Shown here: positions 40,587 to 51,035 of the stretch, in pieces
Numbering within the stretch: the stretch's first letter is position 1
How the letters are laid out: each line of letters starts with the position of its first letter
From: Candidatus Alkanophaga liquidiphilum
Lineage (GTDB): Archaea > Halobacteriota > Syntropharchaeia > Alkanophagales > B39-G2
Reading direction: 5' to 3'
Length of the DNA: 64,000 nucleotides
NCBI GenBank assembly: GCA_029259535.1
Contig: JAPHEF010000002.1
Location: forward strand, 11,308 to 75,307
Program-made: the position numbers and the translations under genes
Notes under the pieces: model-generated
What the model was told of the DNA's origin: nothing
Seen by the model: the letters and a program-made list of their open reading frames with translations, nothing else
The model's database searches: none

Positions 40587-41657
40587 ATGCCGACTGGAAG
40601 CAGCAGATACAACAGCAATTATGTATCCAAAAAATGTGCAACCGACTGCGTAGCCAACAAGTGCGTAACGTTCTCAAAAAACGTTTTTATACCGGTAACT
40701 AACGTCTGCCGGAACGACTGCGCCTACTGCGGCTTCAAGGCGAGATGTCCCGAGGATGCTTACCTGCTCAGCGAAGCCGATGTTTTAAGACTTCTACAGA
40801 CGGCACGGCGTAAAGGCGCCGTCGAAGCGCTCTTCACGCTCGGCGAGAAGCCCGAGGACTCAAAGTTTCCTCCTTACAAAAGCTGGCTGAAAGAGCTCGG
40901 CTACGACTCGACGCTTGAGTATTTGCGGGCGCTTTGCGAGCTTGCCATCCATGAAAGCATGCTGCCACACACGAACGCCGGCATTCTCAGCTATGAAGAG
41001 CTGCGTTTTCTGAGGGACGTAAATGCGTCGATGGGCTTGATGCTTGAGACCATCACCTGCGTGCGTGCGCACGAGAGGTCGCCGGGGAAGAAACCAGAAC
41101 TGCGGCTTAAGACTATTGCAGACGCTGGGAAGCTCAGAATACCGTTCACGACGGGAATCCTCGTCGGCATCGGCGAGACGTTTTCGGACATCGTCGCCTC
41201 GCTTGAAGCTATAAAACGGCTTCATGAGAAATACGGGCACATTCAGGAAGTGATAATACAGCCGTTCCGCCCGAAACCGAATACGCCAATGCGCAACGAA
41301 TCGCCGCCAAGCGTCGAGCTGCTGAAGCGAGCGGTAAGTGTCGCCCGCCGAATACTACCGGCGGAGGTTGCCATTCAAATACCGCCGAACCTCGTCCCGC
41401 CAAGGCGGCTGCATGAGTTTCTGGAGCTGGGAGCGTCGGACCTCGGCGGAATCTCCGAAGTTACCTTGGACTTTATCAACCCCGAAGCGGCATGGCCGAG
41501 CGAGAAGGAGCTTGCGACGGCGGTGAAGCCGTTCTTGCTCAGGGAGCGTCTGCCGCTATATCCGAGATTTGTGCAACGAGGCTGGTATAGCGAGACACTT
41601 TCGGCGCTCGTGAAACGACATTCCGACGCTGCGGGATTCAGGCGGAGAGATGCATAG
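40587..41657 (+). CDS. cofG: FO synthase subunit 1 (radical SAM)
   Basis: TFSKNVFIPVTNVCRNDCAYCGF, PHTNAG, SMGLMLET, QIPPNL. Confidence 0.92.
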   Translation: MPTGSSRYNSNYVSKKCATDCVANKCVTFSKNVFIPVTNVCRNDCAYCGFKARCPEDAYLLSEADVLRLLQTARRKGAVEALFTLGEKPEDSKFPPYKSWLKELGYDSTLEYLRALCELAIHESMLPHTNAGILSYEELRFLRDVNASMGLMLETITCVRAHERSPGKKPELRLKTIADAGKLRIPFTTGILVGIGETFSDIVASLEAIKRLHEKYGHIQEVIIQPFRPKPNTPMRNESPPSVELLKRAVSVARRILPAEVAIQIPPNLVPPRRLHEFLELGASDLGGISEVTLDFINPEAAWPSEKELATAVKPFLLRERLPLYPRFVQRGWYSETLSALVKRHSDAAGFRRRDA

Positions 41658-41807
41658 TTAGGCGCTTTACGGCTCTCGGCGTTCAGGACGTGCTGAGCAT
41701 TAGCGTCCGACGCCAGTTCAATGGCGAGTTATTTGACTGATAGGCTATTGAAGTGTAAAGAGAAGCCAATGCTCTTTAAATCTTAAAGCTAATTTATAAA
41801 AAGAGAC

Positions 41808-43457
41808 ATGGCAAAAATCGAGCTGCCGCCGGGGGAGGTGCCGCCGGAGGAGGTGCAGGAGGCGAACGTTCTGGTATGTGCGGCATTTTCGGAGATGTTC
41901 AAGCCGATGCTCGGACCATTAGGCTCGAAAAAGCTCATAATGAAGGGCGCCTTAGAGGGCAAGGCGCCAGACCTTGTTGCGAATAACGCTTATGCCATTA
42001 TAAGGGAGCTGAAATATGGGCATCCGACTGCAGATTTGATAATAGAGGCAGGATTGTCACAGGGGCAAGACGCCGGCGACGGCGTCGCTACGGTCCTCAT
42101 TTTAATCGGCGAGCTTGTCAAGCGTGGCTACGAGCTTAAACTCAGCGGCGTCCACCAGAACACGATAGTCAGTGGCTACGAGAAGGCGCTCAAAGAGACT
42201 TTTAAGATTTTGGATGAGATGGCAAGGACCGTGGACGTCAACAGCGATGGCATCCTGGAGAACGTAGCACTTTCTGCGTTGAAAAAGAGCGACTATTGGG
42301 ACGAACGTAAGCTCGCTGAGATAATAGTGCGAAGCGTTCGTAGGATTGAGGACGTGCGTCCGATAGACGTGGACGACGTGACGCTCGTCTCGCAGACCGG
42401 CGCCGCCGTCTACGACACGAAGTTCTTCGACGGCGTAGTTGTGGACCGCGAAGTTCTTGGAGACCTGCCGAAACGCATAGAGGGCGCAAAAATAGCGCTG
42501 CTCGACTACCCTATCGAACACAAGGAGCCGAAGTCGAAGGTGCGGCGTGCAGGACGCCAGCAGGACGTTTACGTGAAGATAACGGCGCCATCACAGCTCT
42601 CAGCCTTCATGAGGCAACGAAGAGCGCTCTTCGAAGAGATTGTCGAGCGTGTTGTTGAGAGCGGCGCCAATGTTCTGTGCTGCCAGCAGGGCGTTGACGA
42701 CGAGGCTTTGGACCTTTTCAGGGACGCAGGGGTCATGGCATTGAAGCGAGTGAAGAATACAGACCTCAAGCGGCTGAAGCGGGCAACCGGCGCAGACATC
42801 GTGAAGAACGTCGAAGACTTGACGCCTGAGAAGCTCGGATACGCAGAGCTCGTCCATGAGGTCGAGGTGGGCAATGAGAAATACGTATTTTTCGAAGGTT
42901 GCCCCTATCCGAAGGCTTCTGCGATTATTCTGCGAGGGGCGTCCAACAGAGTTTTAGAGGGCGTGGTGAGCCAGGTCAAAAGTGCGCTGCACTGCGTCGC
43001 CGCTACCATCGAGGACGGCAAAGTCTTGCCGGGGGGCGGCGCCGCTGAGATTGAGGTGACAAAACACCTTCGGAAGTTTGCAAACTCGCTTCCGGGCAAG
43101 GAGCAACTCGCCGTCAACGCATTTGCGGACGCTCTCGAGACGATACCGTTGACGCTTGCAAAGAACTGCGGCTTAGACCCCATGGACACGCTCGTCGCGC
43201 TAAGGGCGGAGCATACCGACAGGAACAGAAATGCGGGCATTTCCGCAAAGGAGAAGAAGATAAAGGACGCTTTCGAGACTGGAATTTTTGACCCTTTGAG
43301 GATAAAAAAGAAGGCAATCATGTGCGCGACGTCCGCCGCCATCCAGATACTCAAAATCGAAGACCTCCACATTGCAAAACGCAAAGAGGAAAGGAAACTC
43401 GACATCGAAAAGGAAGCGCCAGAGTTTAGGTTTAAGGGCGGGAGGATTAAATATTAG
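41808..43457 (+). CDS. divergent group II chaperonin (thermosome-like)
   Basis: HPTA..GDGVAT, GGGAAEIE, FADALETIP..LAKNCGLD. Confidence 0.85.
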   Translation: MAKIELPPGEVPPEEVQEANVLVCAAFSEMFKPMLGPLGSKKLIMKGALEGKAPDLVANNAYAIIRELKYGHPTADLIIEAGLSQGQDAGDGVATVLILIGELVKRGYELKLSGVHQNTIVSGYEKALKETFKILDEMARTVDVNSDGILENVALSALKKSDYWDERKLAEIIVRSVRRIEDVRPIDVDDVTLVSQTGAAVYDTKFFDGVVVDREVLGDLPKRIEGAKIALLDYPIEHKEPKSKVRRAGRQQDVYVKITAPSQLSAFMRQRRALFEEIVERVVESGANVLCCQQGVDDEALDLFRDAGVMALKRVKNTDLKRLKRATGADIVKNVEDLTPEKLGYAELVHEVEVGNEKYVFFEGCPYPKASAIILRGASNRVLEGVVSQVKSALHCVAATIEDGKVLPGGGAAEIEVTKHLRKFANSLPGKEQLAVNAFADALETIPLTLAKNCGLDPMDTLVALRAEHTDRNRNAGISAKEKKIKDAFETGIFDPLRIKKKAIMCATSAAIQILKIEDLHIAKRKEERKLDIEKEAPEFRFKGGRIKY

Positions 43458-43512
43458 TCCCTTACCTTAGACGCACCTGTGCAGAGTGTTTGCCACTGCT
43501 GCATGCGTGGGG

Positions 43513-45312
43513 TCAGGCGATTTCTTGTATAATTCTCGCATACGCGGGTCTTGTAATGAGCACGCCTATCAGTATTCCGACGATGGTAATGATTGCAAAG
43601 CCACGGAGCGTGCCGAGCGCCATGAGCGCTAAAGCGAGCATCGCAACCGCCGTCGTAGCCGCAGATGCGAATATTATGTTGAAAGCCTCAGCGACCCGTC
43701 GCAGGTAGACCTTTACGGGCGTTTTTCCCTTTTTCTTTTGCGTCGGTGGCGTTGCAGCGGCGCCGCTTAAAACTTCGTCGGTGATTATGACAAGCTGGTC
43801 GACGCCGGTTCCGATGACTGCGATGATGCCGGCGACACTTGGCAGATCGAGCTGCCAGCCGGTGGCAGCTGCGAAGCCCAGAATGATAATGACCTCGCAA
43901 ATTAACGTCATAAGCATCGGGAGCACGATCCGCCCATTCCGATAACGCACGTAAACAACAAGCGCCACGAGCATGAAGGCAAGAGCGGCGGCGAGAGCTG
44001 CCTCTCGGCGGAACTTCTCGCCGAGCGGCGCCGGAACTTCGCCCGAGCCTATGATTTCAACGGGCACGGGCAACGCCCCTGCCTTCAGGTGGATTATCAG
44101 CTCCTTTGCTGCCCGTCGCCCATCTTCGCCCTCACCGGTCTCCGCAATCAAGTTATAAACGGGACGTGTCTTCAGCTCGTTTGCGAGGTCTGAAGAAAGC
44201 GGCGCACTGTATATTACAACATCGTCAAGAAGCATCGCAAGCTCGTGACGCTCAGGGTCATCCACCGCTCCGTATTTTATGCATGCATCCTGCAGGGCGG
44301 CGGCGCCCTCCCTCGTCAACGTGAATGGCGCACCCCAACGCTCGACGTCGTCGCTACGTCGCTGCTGCGGTATGGCGCTGACGCTCGCAATACCCTCGTC
44401 GCCGTAAAGAACGTGCACCGTTATGTTTTTGATTTCTTCGAGCCGCATGCCCTTCTTGATTTCGCCAGCCTCACCTGCCGTCTGTATTCTTATCTCGAAC
44501 TTTCCGGGCTTCCCGATGAGCTTACGGGCGGTTGCTATGTCCACGCCTGCGAGGTCTATCAGGATTATGTCGGTGCCGACCGTCCTTATCGGAATATCCC
44601 GCAGCCCCAGCATGTTAAGCTTCGTCTCCATGATTTCCTTCGCCAAATCCCTCGTTCCGGGCGTCACGCCCTCCACAAAAAATTCCATGCCACGCTCGTC
44701 ACGCCCGATGCTCGCATTCACAGCATCAAGCACGTTCTCCAGCTCTTCCTTCGAAACGAGCTTCCTTATTTCGTAAATCTCGACGCCTCGATAAACTGCA
44801 GGCTCAACATCTGCACCCAATGCATCCTCCAAATACCTTGTCACGACATAGCCCTCATCTGCCGTTATCGTAATTCTCGTGATGTTTCCAGTTTCCGTGA
44901 CATTTTCCGGCGGCGCCGATAACCGCTCGATGGAAATGCTGCCGATATTCAGCGCTTCAAGCTCTTCATTGGTTAGAATTGCCGCAGTCTCAAGAACCAC
45001 AGCGGTCTCGTTCTCTGCCACTATTTCTACGGATGTGTTCTCGCCTCTCCCCCTCAAAAGTCCCAGAATCTCGTGTTTTATAATTTCGCCTTTGTCTGCT
45101 TCAACCTTCACGAGAACGCCCTCAAGCTTCAGTTGCAAGTAGGAGCCGCCGACTAAATCCAAACCAAATTTCAGGTTCCCGTTAGTGCCTGCCCCTACGG
45201 GTGGCGGCGGATAAACGTAAATCACGAACAACGACAATAACACAAAAACCAAGAAAACCAACACCCGCACATCTCTAAGCAAGCCGCCACGCTCACTTAC
45301 CACGCCGCACAC
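43513..45312 (-). CDS. secD: protein translocase subunit SecD
   Basis: GLDLVGG, LKAGALP, IGTGVDQLVII. Confidence 0.92.
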   Translation of the reverse strand: MCGVVSERGGLLRDVRVLVFLVFVLLSLFVIYVYPPPPVGAGTNGNLKFGLDLVGGSYLQLKLEGVLVKVEADKGEIIKHEILGLLRGRGENTSVEIVAENETAVVLETAAILTNEELEALNIGSISIERLSAPPENVTETGNITRITITADEGYVVTRYLEDALGADVEPAVYRGVEIYEIRKLVSKEELENVLDAVNASIGRDERGMEFFVEGVTPGTRDLAKEIMETKLNMLGLRDIPIRTVGTDIILIDLAGVDIATARKLIGKPGKFEIRIQTAGEAGEIKKGMRLEEIKNITVHVLYGDEGIASVSAIPQQRRSDDVERWGAPFTLTREGAAALQDACIKYGAVDDPERHELAMLLDDVVIYSAPLSSDLANELKTRPVYNLIAETGEGEDGRRAAKELIIHLKAGALPVPVEIIGSGEVPAPLGEKFRREAALAAALAFMLVALVVYVRYRNGRIVLPMLMTLICEVIIILGFAAATGWQLDLPSVAGIIAVIGTGVDQLVIITDEVLSGAAATPPTQKKKGKTPVKVYLRRVAEAFNIIFASAATTAVAMLALALMALGTLRGFAIITIVGILIGVLITRPAYARIIQEIA

Positions 45313-46303
45313 CTCCCCTTTGCGGCTTTGCCGCCTTCTCTACTCTCGCTGTTTTTGCGTCCTTCCGCCGCTCTGCAGGCGCACGAGCAGCCGCCCGTTC
45401 GCCAAGATAAAAGCGGAGGACGCCGGCGTTGAACATCCATGTGTTCATCAAGTCTGCAAAAAGCCCGAAGATGAGCACGATGGAAATATCTCTGAGCAGC
45501 GGTATCGGCGCATAGTATTCCGAAAACAAGGACATGCACGCTGCCACGACGAACATTGCGAAGACGGCAGAAAGCGTCGTCGAGGTCATGGTCAGCCCTG
45601 TTCGCATTGCTTCCTTTAATCTCTCAAGAACCTTCAGCATACCGCTTTTCTTACTCCTACCCGTCACGGGACTTGAGCGTAAGAGTTTTGTCGTCAGGAG
45701 TATGTTGCTGTCCACGGAGTAGCCGATGAGCATGAGAAGCGCAGCGACCGTTCCCAAGGAAAGCTCTAAACGCACTAAATTCAAGCATGCAGCCGCGATT
45801 ATGATGTCGGACACTGCGCAGAAAACGATTGCTGCGGCGGGCACGGGCGTTCTGAAAACTATGAAAATGACGATCGCCATCAGCAAGAACGCAATCACGA
45901 GCGCTTTGACCGTTTGTGCTTGTGCTTCCTTGCCGAACAGCGGACTTACGTCCTTTATTTCGTAATCGGGGTAGCTGGTGACGAGCTGGATGAGTTTCTC
46001 CTTCTCCTCATTGCTCATCGGTCCGAACTGCAAGATTTTCTCGTCGCCTGCCTCTCGGATGATGACGTTCGGGAACTCTGAGAATTTTGCAAGGAGTTCG
46101 TCTTTGCTCTCCGCCGTCGTGATTCTCACGAGTGTGCCGCCCGTGAAGTCCATGCCGAGCTTGACTGGCGTCCCGAAGGCGAGTTGTGAATATGCAAGCA
46201 CGCTCGCCGCCAGCAGCAACACAATTAACGGGACCACAACGAGCCTCTTTGCGTCAAACCCCGTAACCCTCTCGACTACAGCGTCCAGCAGCGGCATCGG
46301 CAC
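45293..46303 (-). CDS. secF: protein translocase subunit SecF
   Basis: GMDFTGGT, GYSVDSNILL. Confidence 0.92.
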   Translation of the reverse strand: MPMPLLDAVVERVTGFDAKRLVVVPLIVLLLAASVLAYSQLAFGTPVKLGMDFTGGTLVRITTAESKDELLAKFSEFPNVIIREAGDEKILQFGPMSNEEKEKLIQLVTSYPDYEIKDVSPLFGKEAQAQTVKALVIAFLLMAIVIFIVFRTPVPAAAIVFCAVSDIIIAAACLNLVRLELSLGTVAALLMLIGYSVDSNILLTTKLLRSSPVTGRSKKSGMLKVLERLKEAMRTGLTMTSTTLSAVFAMFVVAACMSLFSEYYAPIPLLRDISIVLIFGLFADLMNTWMFNAGVLRFYLGERAAARAPAERRKDAKTARVEKAAKPQRGGVRRGK

Positions 46304-46316
46304 TTCCCTCTAAAGG

Positions 46317-47480
46317 CTACACAACTCCTTCTTCTTTCAGCTTTTTCATCTCATCCTCGCTGTAACCTAATTCCCTTAAAATCTCGTCGGTATGCTCGCC
46401 GAGCACCGGCGGCGGCGTTCTTATTTCACGACAGTCAAATCCCGAAAATCTTATCGGGAAAACTATTTGTTTCAGCTTTTCTCCCTGCCGCTCTATTTCT
46501 GTGAGCAGACCACGATGTTTGATCTGGGGGTCTGAAAATACTTCGTTCAGCCTGTAAACAGGGGCGCACGGCACCTCTGCCGCCCTCAAAATGCGCACCC
46601 ACTCGTCCCTGCTTTTCTCCTTGAAGATGCGTCGTAATTCATTCAAAACGAGCTCCCGCCGCTCGCCTTTCGCATACTGGTCGTTGATAAGGTCGTTACG
46701 GCGGAGCACCTTGCATAGATTCTCCCAGAACCACGTCTCGACGATGCCAAGTGAGATATAGCCATCTTTCGTCTCGAAGATGCCGTAACCCAACGAGTCG
46801 CCGACGACGACGTGCTCAGGCATCGTTTCACGGCGGTCTGCGAAGTATGCGGAAAAGTGCATGCTCATCCAAGAAAGGACTCCATCAACCATGGAAACGT
46901 CGATGTAAGTGCCCATCCCCGTCTTTTCTCTGTAAAGTAGCGCCGCCAGTATGGAGAAAGCGGCGAACATCGAGCCACAGAGGTCTGCGATGAGCAAGCT
47001 CGCAGAGCATGGCCTTTCGTTTAAGCCGAGAACGCCCGCATATGATAAATAGTCTATGTTATGCCCGACGACGTCCTTGTAAGGGCCGTCCTGCCCGAAT
47101 CCTGAAATCGAGCAATATATGATCCTGGGGTTTATCTTCTTAACATCCTCGTAGCCAACGCCCAAACGGTCAACGACGCCTGGTCTGAAGCCCTCCATGA
47201 CGACATCCGCACCCTTCGCTAACTTGTAGAATATTTCCTTTCCCTTCTCGGCTTTCAGGTTTAAAGTGATGCTCTTCTTGTTCCTGTTCATTCCCAAGAA
47301 GCCCGCCCCTTCCCCTTTTACGAGCGGCGGGAGCCTCCTTGCATAATCGCCGCCGCCCTTCCGCTCAACTTTTATGACCTCAGCGCCGAGGTCTGCGAGT
47401 AGCATCGAACAATAGGGTCCTGGGAGGAACTGCGTCAAGTCTATGATTCTAACTCCCTCTAAAGGACGTTTCGCCGACAT
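46317..47480 (-). CDS. CoA-transferase family III (CaiB/BaiF)
   Basis: LADLGAEVIKVE, NRNKKS, SGFGQDGP, PPVLGEHT. Confidence 0.92.
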   Translation of the reverse strand: MSAKRPLEGVRIIDLTQFLPGPYCSMLLADLGAEVIKVERKGGGDYARRLPPLVKGEGAGFLGMNRNKKSITLNLKAEKGKEIFYKLAKGADVVMEGFRPGVVDRLGVGYEDVKKINPRIIYCSISGFGQDGPYKDVVGHNIDYLSYAGVLGLNERPCSASLLIADLCGSMFAAFSILAALLYREKTGMGTYIDVSMVDGVLSWMSMHFSAYFADRRETMPEHVVVGDSLGYGIFETKDGYISLGIVETWFWENLCKVLRRNDLINDQYAKGERRELVLNELRRIFKEKSRDEWVRILRAAEVPCAPVYRLNEVFSDPQIKHRGLLTEIERQGEKLKQIVFPIRFSGFDCREIRTPPPVLGEHTDEILRELGYSEDEMKKLKEEGVV

Positions 47481-47489
47481 TTTTCGCCA

Positions 47490-47711
47490 CTACTCACTAC
47501 CGGTGTCCGCAGCCGCCGCTTCCTTCTTTTCTCTTAACCTGTCTCTGACGTCACTCACGCCTATCATCAGGAAAATAACGCCGACGAGCAGCACTGCAAC
47601 GCCCACGACGCCCTCCAGCACCATTAAAAATTGCTGCCTGAACACATAGATGCCAAAGGCGCCGAGCGCCATCAAAAGCAGCCCGCCCAAGAGGCTTGCA
47701 TACGGGTTCAT
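47490..47711 (-). CDS. small two-TM membrane protein
   Basis: GGTGGTGA RBS, two hydrophobic helices, charged tail. Confidence 0.65.
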   Translation of the reverse strand: MNPYASLLGGLLLMALGAFGIYVFRQQFLMVLEGVVGVAVLLVGVIFLMIGVSDVRDRLREKKEAAAADTGSE

Positions 47712-47760
47712 CTCACCACCACCGTTTATTCTACTCGCAACACATTTAAAAGTTTTGAAG

Positions 47761-48219
47761 TTATGCCCTAAGGAGGATTTCCGCAGTCTCAGGCTTGTAT
47801 TCCCAGTCCGCCGGCAGCACCTTCTTACGCTTGTAATACTTAACGAGCCTCCGTATCTTCGACTCTGTGAGCTGCAACGCCCTTTTATTATGCAAGTCTT
47901 TTCTGTGCAGCTCCAGATGCTTCCGCAGCCGTATAGCCTTTTTTATCAAGTTCTGCAGGTCTTCGGGGACTTTAGAGGCGACGTTGTATTCTCTCAAAAT
48001 TTGAGTCATCTTCTTGCCAGTAACCAAACGGACATCGGGCACGCCGTAGCAGTCTCTGAGGACCATCCCTATGACGCTTGTCGAGTATCCTTGCTTGTAT
48101 AGCTCGATGATGCGCTCTTCTATCTCTTCGGGCGTAATCTGCAACCATTCTGGTGGCTTCTTCCGCAACGGCGGCTTTGAGCCCGATCTCCCCCTACGTC
48201 TTGCGTAAATCCTCGCCAT
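47761..48219 (-). CDS. rps15: 30S ribosomal protein S15 (uS15)
   Basis: [26 protein letters not shown]. Confidence 0.97.
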   Translation of the reverse strand: MARIYARRRGRSGSKPPLRKKPPEWLQITPEEIEERIIELYKQGYSTSVIGMVLRDCYGVPDVRLVTGKKMTQILREYNVASKVPEDLQNLIKKAIRLRKHLELHRKDLHNKRALQLTESKIRRLVKYYKRKKVLPADWEYKPETAEILLRA

Positions 48220-48269
48220 TTCTCATCACGTCCTCTTCCTCTCTCGCAATTAAAAATGTTTTGGATGGT

Positions 48270-48305
48270 AAATATGAGCGGGGCAGCTGCTTACTGCCCC
48301 ATAAG
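48270..48305 (-). promoter_or_regulatory. hairpin in the rps15 5' leader (candidate ribosomal leader)
   Basis: GGGGCAG-7nt-CTGCCCC stem about 25-30 nt downstream of a bottom-strand TTTATATA box. Confidence 0.45.
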
Positions 48306-48362
48306 ACTCTATATTGCACATAACGACAAATATATAAACGCGCGAGGCGTCCTAATGTAAAG

Positions 48363-49760
48363 ATGCAAAACATCGTGCTTTCCATAGTCGTGGCGTATTT
48401 GGGCGTCTGCATGCTCATCGGGCTTTATGGGAAGAAGCTGACAAAGTCCGCCGAGGATTTCGACGTGGGCGGCAGGCGGCTTCCATGGTGGGTGGCGTCG
48501 CTCTCGATTGCGGCGACGCTCGTCGGCTCTGGCGTAACGATTGGTGTCGGCGAGCTCGGCTACAAAGTTGGAATCTCGGGGGTGCTCTACCCGTTGATTC
48601 TCGGCGTCGCTTTGATTTTGAGCATGTGGCTCGCCGCCGCTCGTTTCAGACGCACCAACGCCATAACACTGCAAGAGGTGCTGGAGCGGGACTACGGCGT
48701 CGAAGCTCGGGCGCTTGTTGCCCTTGTAATGATACTGTCGCTCATTCCGGCGGTCGCAGCACAATTTCTGGCTGCCGGCGCCATTCTGTCTGCGATGACA
48801 GGTTTGGACATCGGAATAAGCATCGTGGTCACCGCTGCAATAATCACGCTCTACATTTTCATCGGCGGGATGTGGGCGGTGGCGCTGACGGACACACTTC
48901 AGATGATTGTGATATATACGGGCTTGGGGCTGCTCACTGCGCTCATCGCCACCGGCGGCTTCTCATCACAGCTCTCGCAACTGCCGCCGAGCTACTGGGA
49001 CTGGACTGCTGCGGGTCCCGTGCGCATCAGCTCCTACGTAGCGTGCCTACTCATGTTTGTTTACGTCAGCCAGCCGTGGCTGCAGAGATGTGCGGCGGTG
49101 CGGACGCCTGAGGACGCTACGAAGGCGGGCGTCATCGCCGGGCTGCTAATCTTCCCGATAGGCTTCTTTGCGGTTTCTGCTGGGCTGCTCGCCAGAGTAC
49201 TGCTGCCGAACACCGAGCCGATACTTGCGGTGCCGCAGGTCATGCTTACGGTCTTTCCGCCTGCCGTGGGCGCACTTTTCTGCGCCGCCATCATAGCAGC
49301 GTGCATGTCCAGTACCGACTCTTGGATTCATTCCTGCACGACAATGCTCGTCCGGGACTTCTACCAGCGGCTCATAAACCCTCAAGCTTCAGATGAAAAG
49401 ATTCTCAAAATCTCAAGGCTCATTACCATCGTGATTGGACTCTTGGGCTTGCTCCTCGCATTGACAATTCGAGAGGAAGTCGTCATGCTCGTTCTGCTCT
49501 TTCTGGCGCCCAGCGCCCTTTACATCGGACCGCTTCTCGTTTCATGGTTTTCACGGCGGAGGAAGCTGAAGAGACGAGCAGGCTTCGCAATCATGCTCGC
49601 GGTGAGCGTGCTCGGCATCGTCTTGACGGTCCTGATGCTGTTCAACAAGCCGCCGCAGATTTTTGGCATGCACGCCGCACTGCCTACGGTCATTATCGCA
49701 TACGTGCTCACGTTGATACTCCTTTATCTACCGTGGACGTCAGAGGAGAAGTTGAATTGA
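48363..49760 (+). CDS. sodium:solute symporter family protein
   Basis: DFDVGGRRLP, GGMWAVALTD, AACMSSTDS. Confidence 0.9.
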   Translation: MQNIVLSIVVAYLGVCMLIGLYGKKLTKSAEDFDVGGRRLPWWVASLSIAATLVGSGVTIGVGELGYKVGISGVLYPLILGVALILSMWLAAARFRRTNAITLQEVLERDYGVEARALVALVMILSLIPAVAAQFLAAGAILSAMTGLDIGISIVVTAAIITLYIFIGGMWAVALTDTLQMIVIYTGLGLLTALIATGGFSSQLSQLPPSYWDWTAAGPVRISSYVACLLMFVYVSQPWLQRCAAVRTPEDATKAGVIAGLLIFPIGFFAVSAGLLARVLLPNTEPILAVPQVMLTVFPPAVGALFCAAIIAACMSSTDSWIHSCTTMLVRDFYQRLINPQASDEKILKISRLITIVIGLLGLLLALTIREEVVMLVLLFLAPSALYIGPLLVSWFSRRRKLKRRAGFAIMLAVSVLGIVLTVLMLFNKPPQIFGMHAALPTVIIAYVLTLILLYLPWTSEEKLN

Positions 49761-49847
49761 CGAGTTGCCGAAAAAGGTGTGCGCTGCTGCAATTTTCCCA
49801 ATTAGGCAAATAATTGCACATCGGGGCGAACATTTATATGAGAGGGG

Positions 49848-51023
49848 GTGTTTATAATGATGATGCGTGTAAGATTCGTGGTGGTAGCCGCCCTCCTGCT
49901 CGTATCCTTTACGCTTGGCTGCGTGGAGAGGACGCCACCACCGGTGGCGCCTTCCCCGGCAACGTCTCCAGCGACAGGGCTCACAGAGTTGAAAATCGGA
50001 TGGCAACCGGCGTTCGAGCACGTCGCCGTCCCCATAATCCTGGAGAAGGGCTGGTTGGAAAATGAGCTTGGGGTTCCGGTCAGTGAGATGCTCTTCACGG
50101 GCGGCGGCGCCAAGGAGTTTCAGGCGTTCAGAGCTGGCGAAATCGACGTGGCGGTCGGTGGCGTCGCCCCCGCAATCTCGACAATCGCCAACGAATACGA
50201 GAAGGGGCATAAGGTCGTGGCGGCGGTCGGCATGGACATCGCAACGCTCTCGATAAGAGCGACGGACGGCGTCCCCGACTTTTACTGGAATTATTCAGAC
50301 CCTGCAGGTTCGATTTTAAAATTTGAGATGGAGCAAGGCAGACCGATGAAAATAGGCGTCTGGGGCGGTCCCGGTTCCATACAGTGGACAATAATGACGG
50401 ACTGGCTCCTAGCGCACGGTATAGACCCTGAGCATGACGTCGAGATCAAGACAGGCGGCATCGTTCTAATGGAGTGGCTACGTTCCAAGGTAATAGATGC
50501 GGCGGTGATAGGCGCCGAGCTTGACGACCTCATGATTCAACAGGGCTACGGCATCCCCGTCCTCTGGATTTCGAAGGAGTGGGCAGAGCTTAAGGGCTAC
50601 GAACATTCGCCGTGCTGCGTCGTGACGGTGCGTGGCGACCTCTTGCGGGAGCATCCCGAAGTCGTGAGCGCCGTCGTGAGCGCCTTCATTCGAGCGCAAA
50701 GATTCGCCTACGAGCATCCCGACGAGGCTATCGGCATTCTTGATAAACACATGCCTGAGAGCGTGAAGCTGGCGTTTGGCGGCGAAGACATCTGGCTGCC
50801 GGCAGTAAATGCGTCGCTCAGCCACTACCTCGGGCTGAACGCCACGTATTTGGGGTTGCGGTGCGAAGGGCAGCTCGTCCCTGATGCTGACCCGCACCTG
50901 ATAAGCGGCTGCGCCCTGGAGTTTGCGAGGGCGCTGAGGGATGCAGGTGCAATAACCCGGGGGTTGTCAGAAGGGGACATCTTCGATTATAGCTTCTACG
51001 ACGAGGCTATCAAGACAGTTTAG
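49848..51023 (+). CDS. ABC transporter substrate-binding lipoprotein (SsuA/TauA/NMT1-like)
   Basis: Lipobox TLGC, LKIGWQP, GEIDVA, PCCVV. Confidence 0.82.
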   Translation: MFIMMMRVRFVVVAALLLVSFTLGCVERTPPPVAPSPATSPATGLTELKIGWQPAFEHVAVPIILEKGWLENELGVPVSEMLFTGGGAKEFQAFRAGEIDVAVGGVAPAISTIANEYEKGHKVVAAVGMDIATLSIRATDGVPDFYWNYSDPAGSILKFEMEQGRPMKIGVWGGPGSIQWTIMTDWLLAHGIDPEHDVEIKTGGIVLMEWLRSKVIDAAVIGAELDDLMIQQGYGIPVLWISKEWAELKGYEHSPCCVVTVRGDLLREHPEVVSAVVSAFIRAQRFAYEHPDEAIGILDKHMPESVKLAFGGEDIWLPAVNASLSHYLGLNATYLGLRCEGQLVPDADPHLISGCALEFARALRDAGAITRGLSEGDIFDYSFYDEAIKTV

Positions 51024-51035
51024 GCGGCGTGGAGG

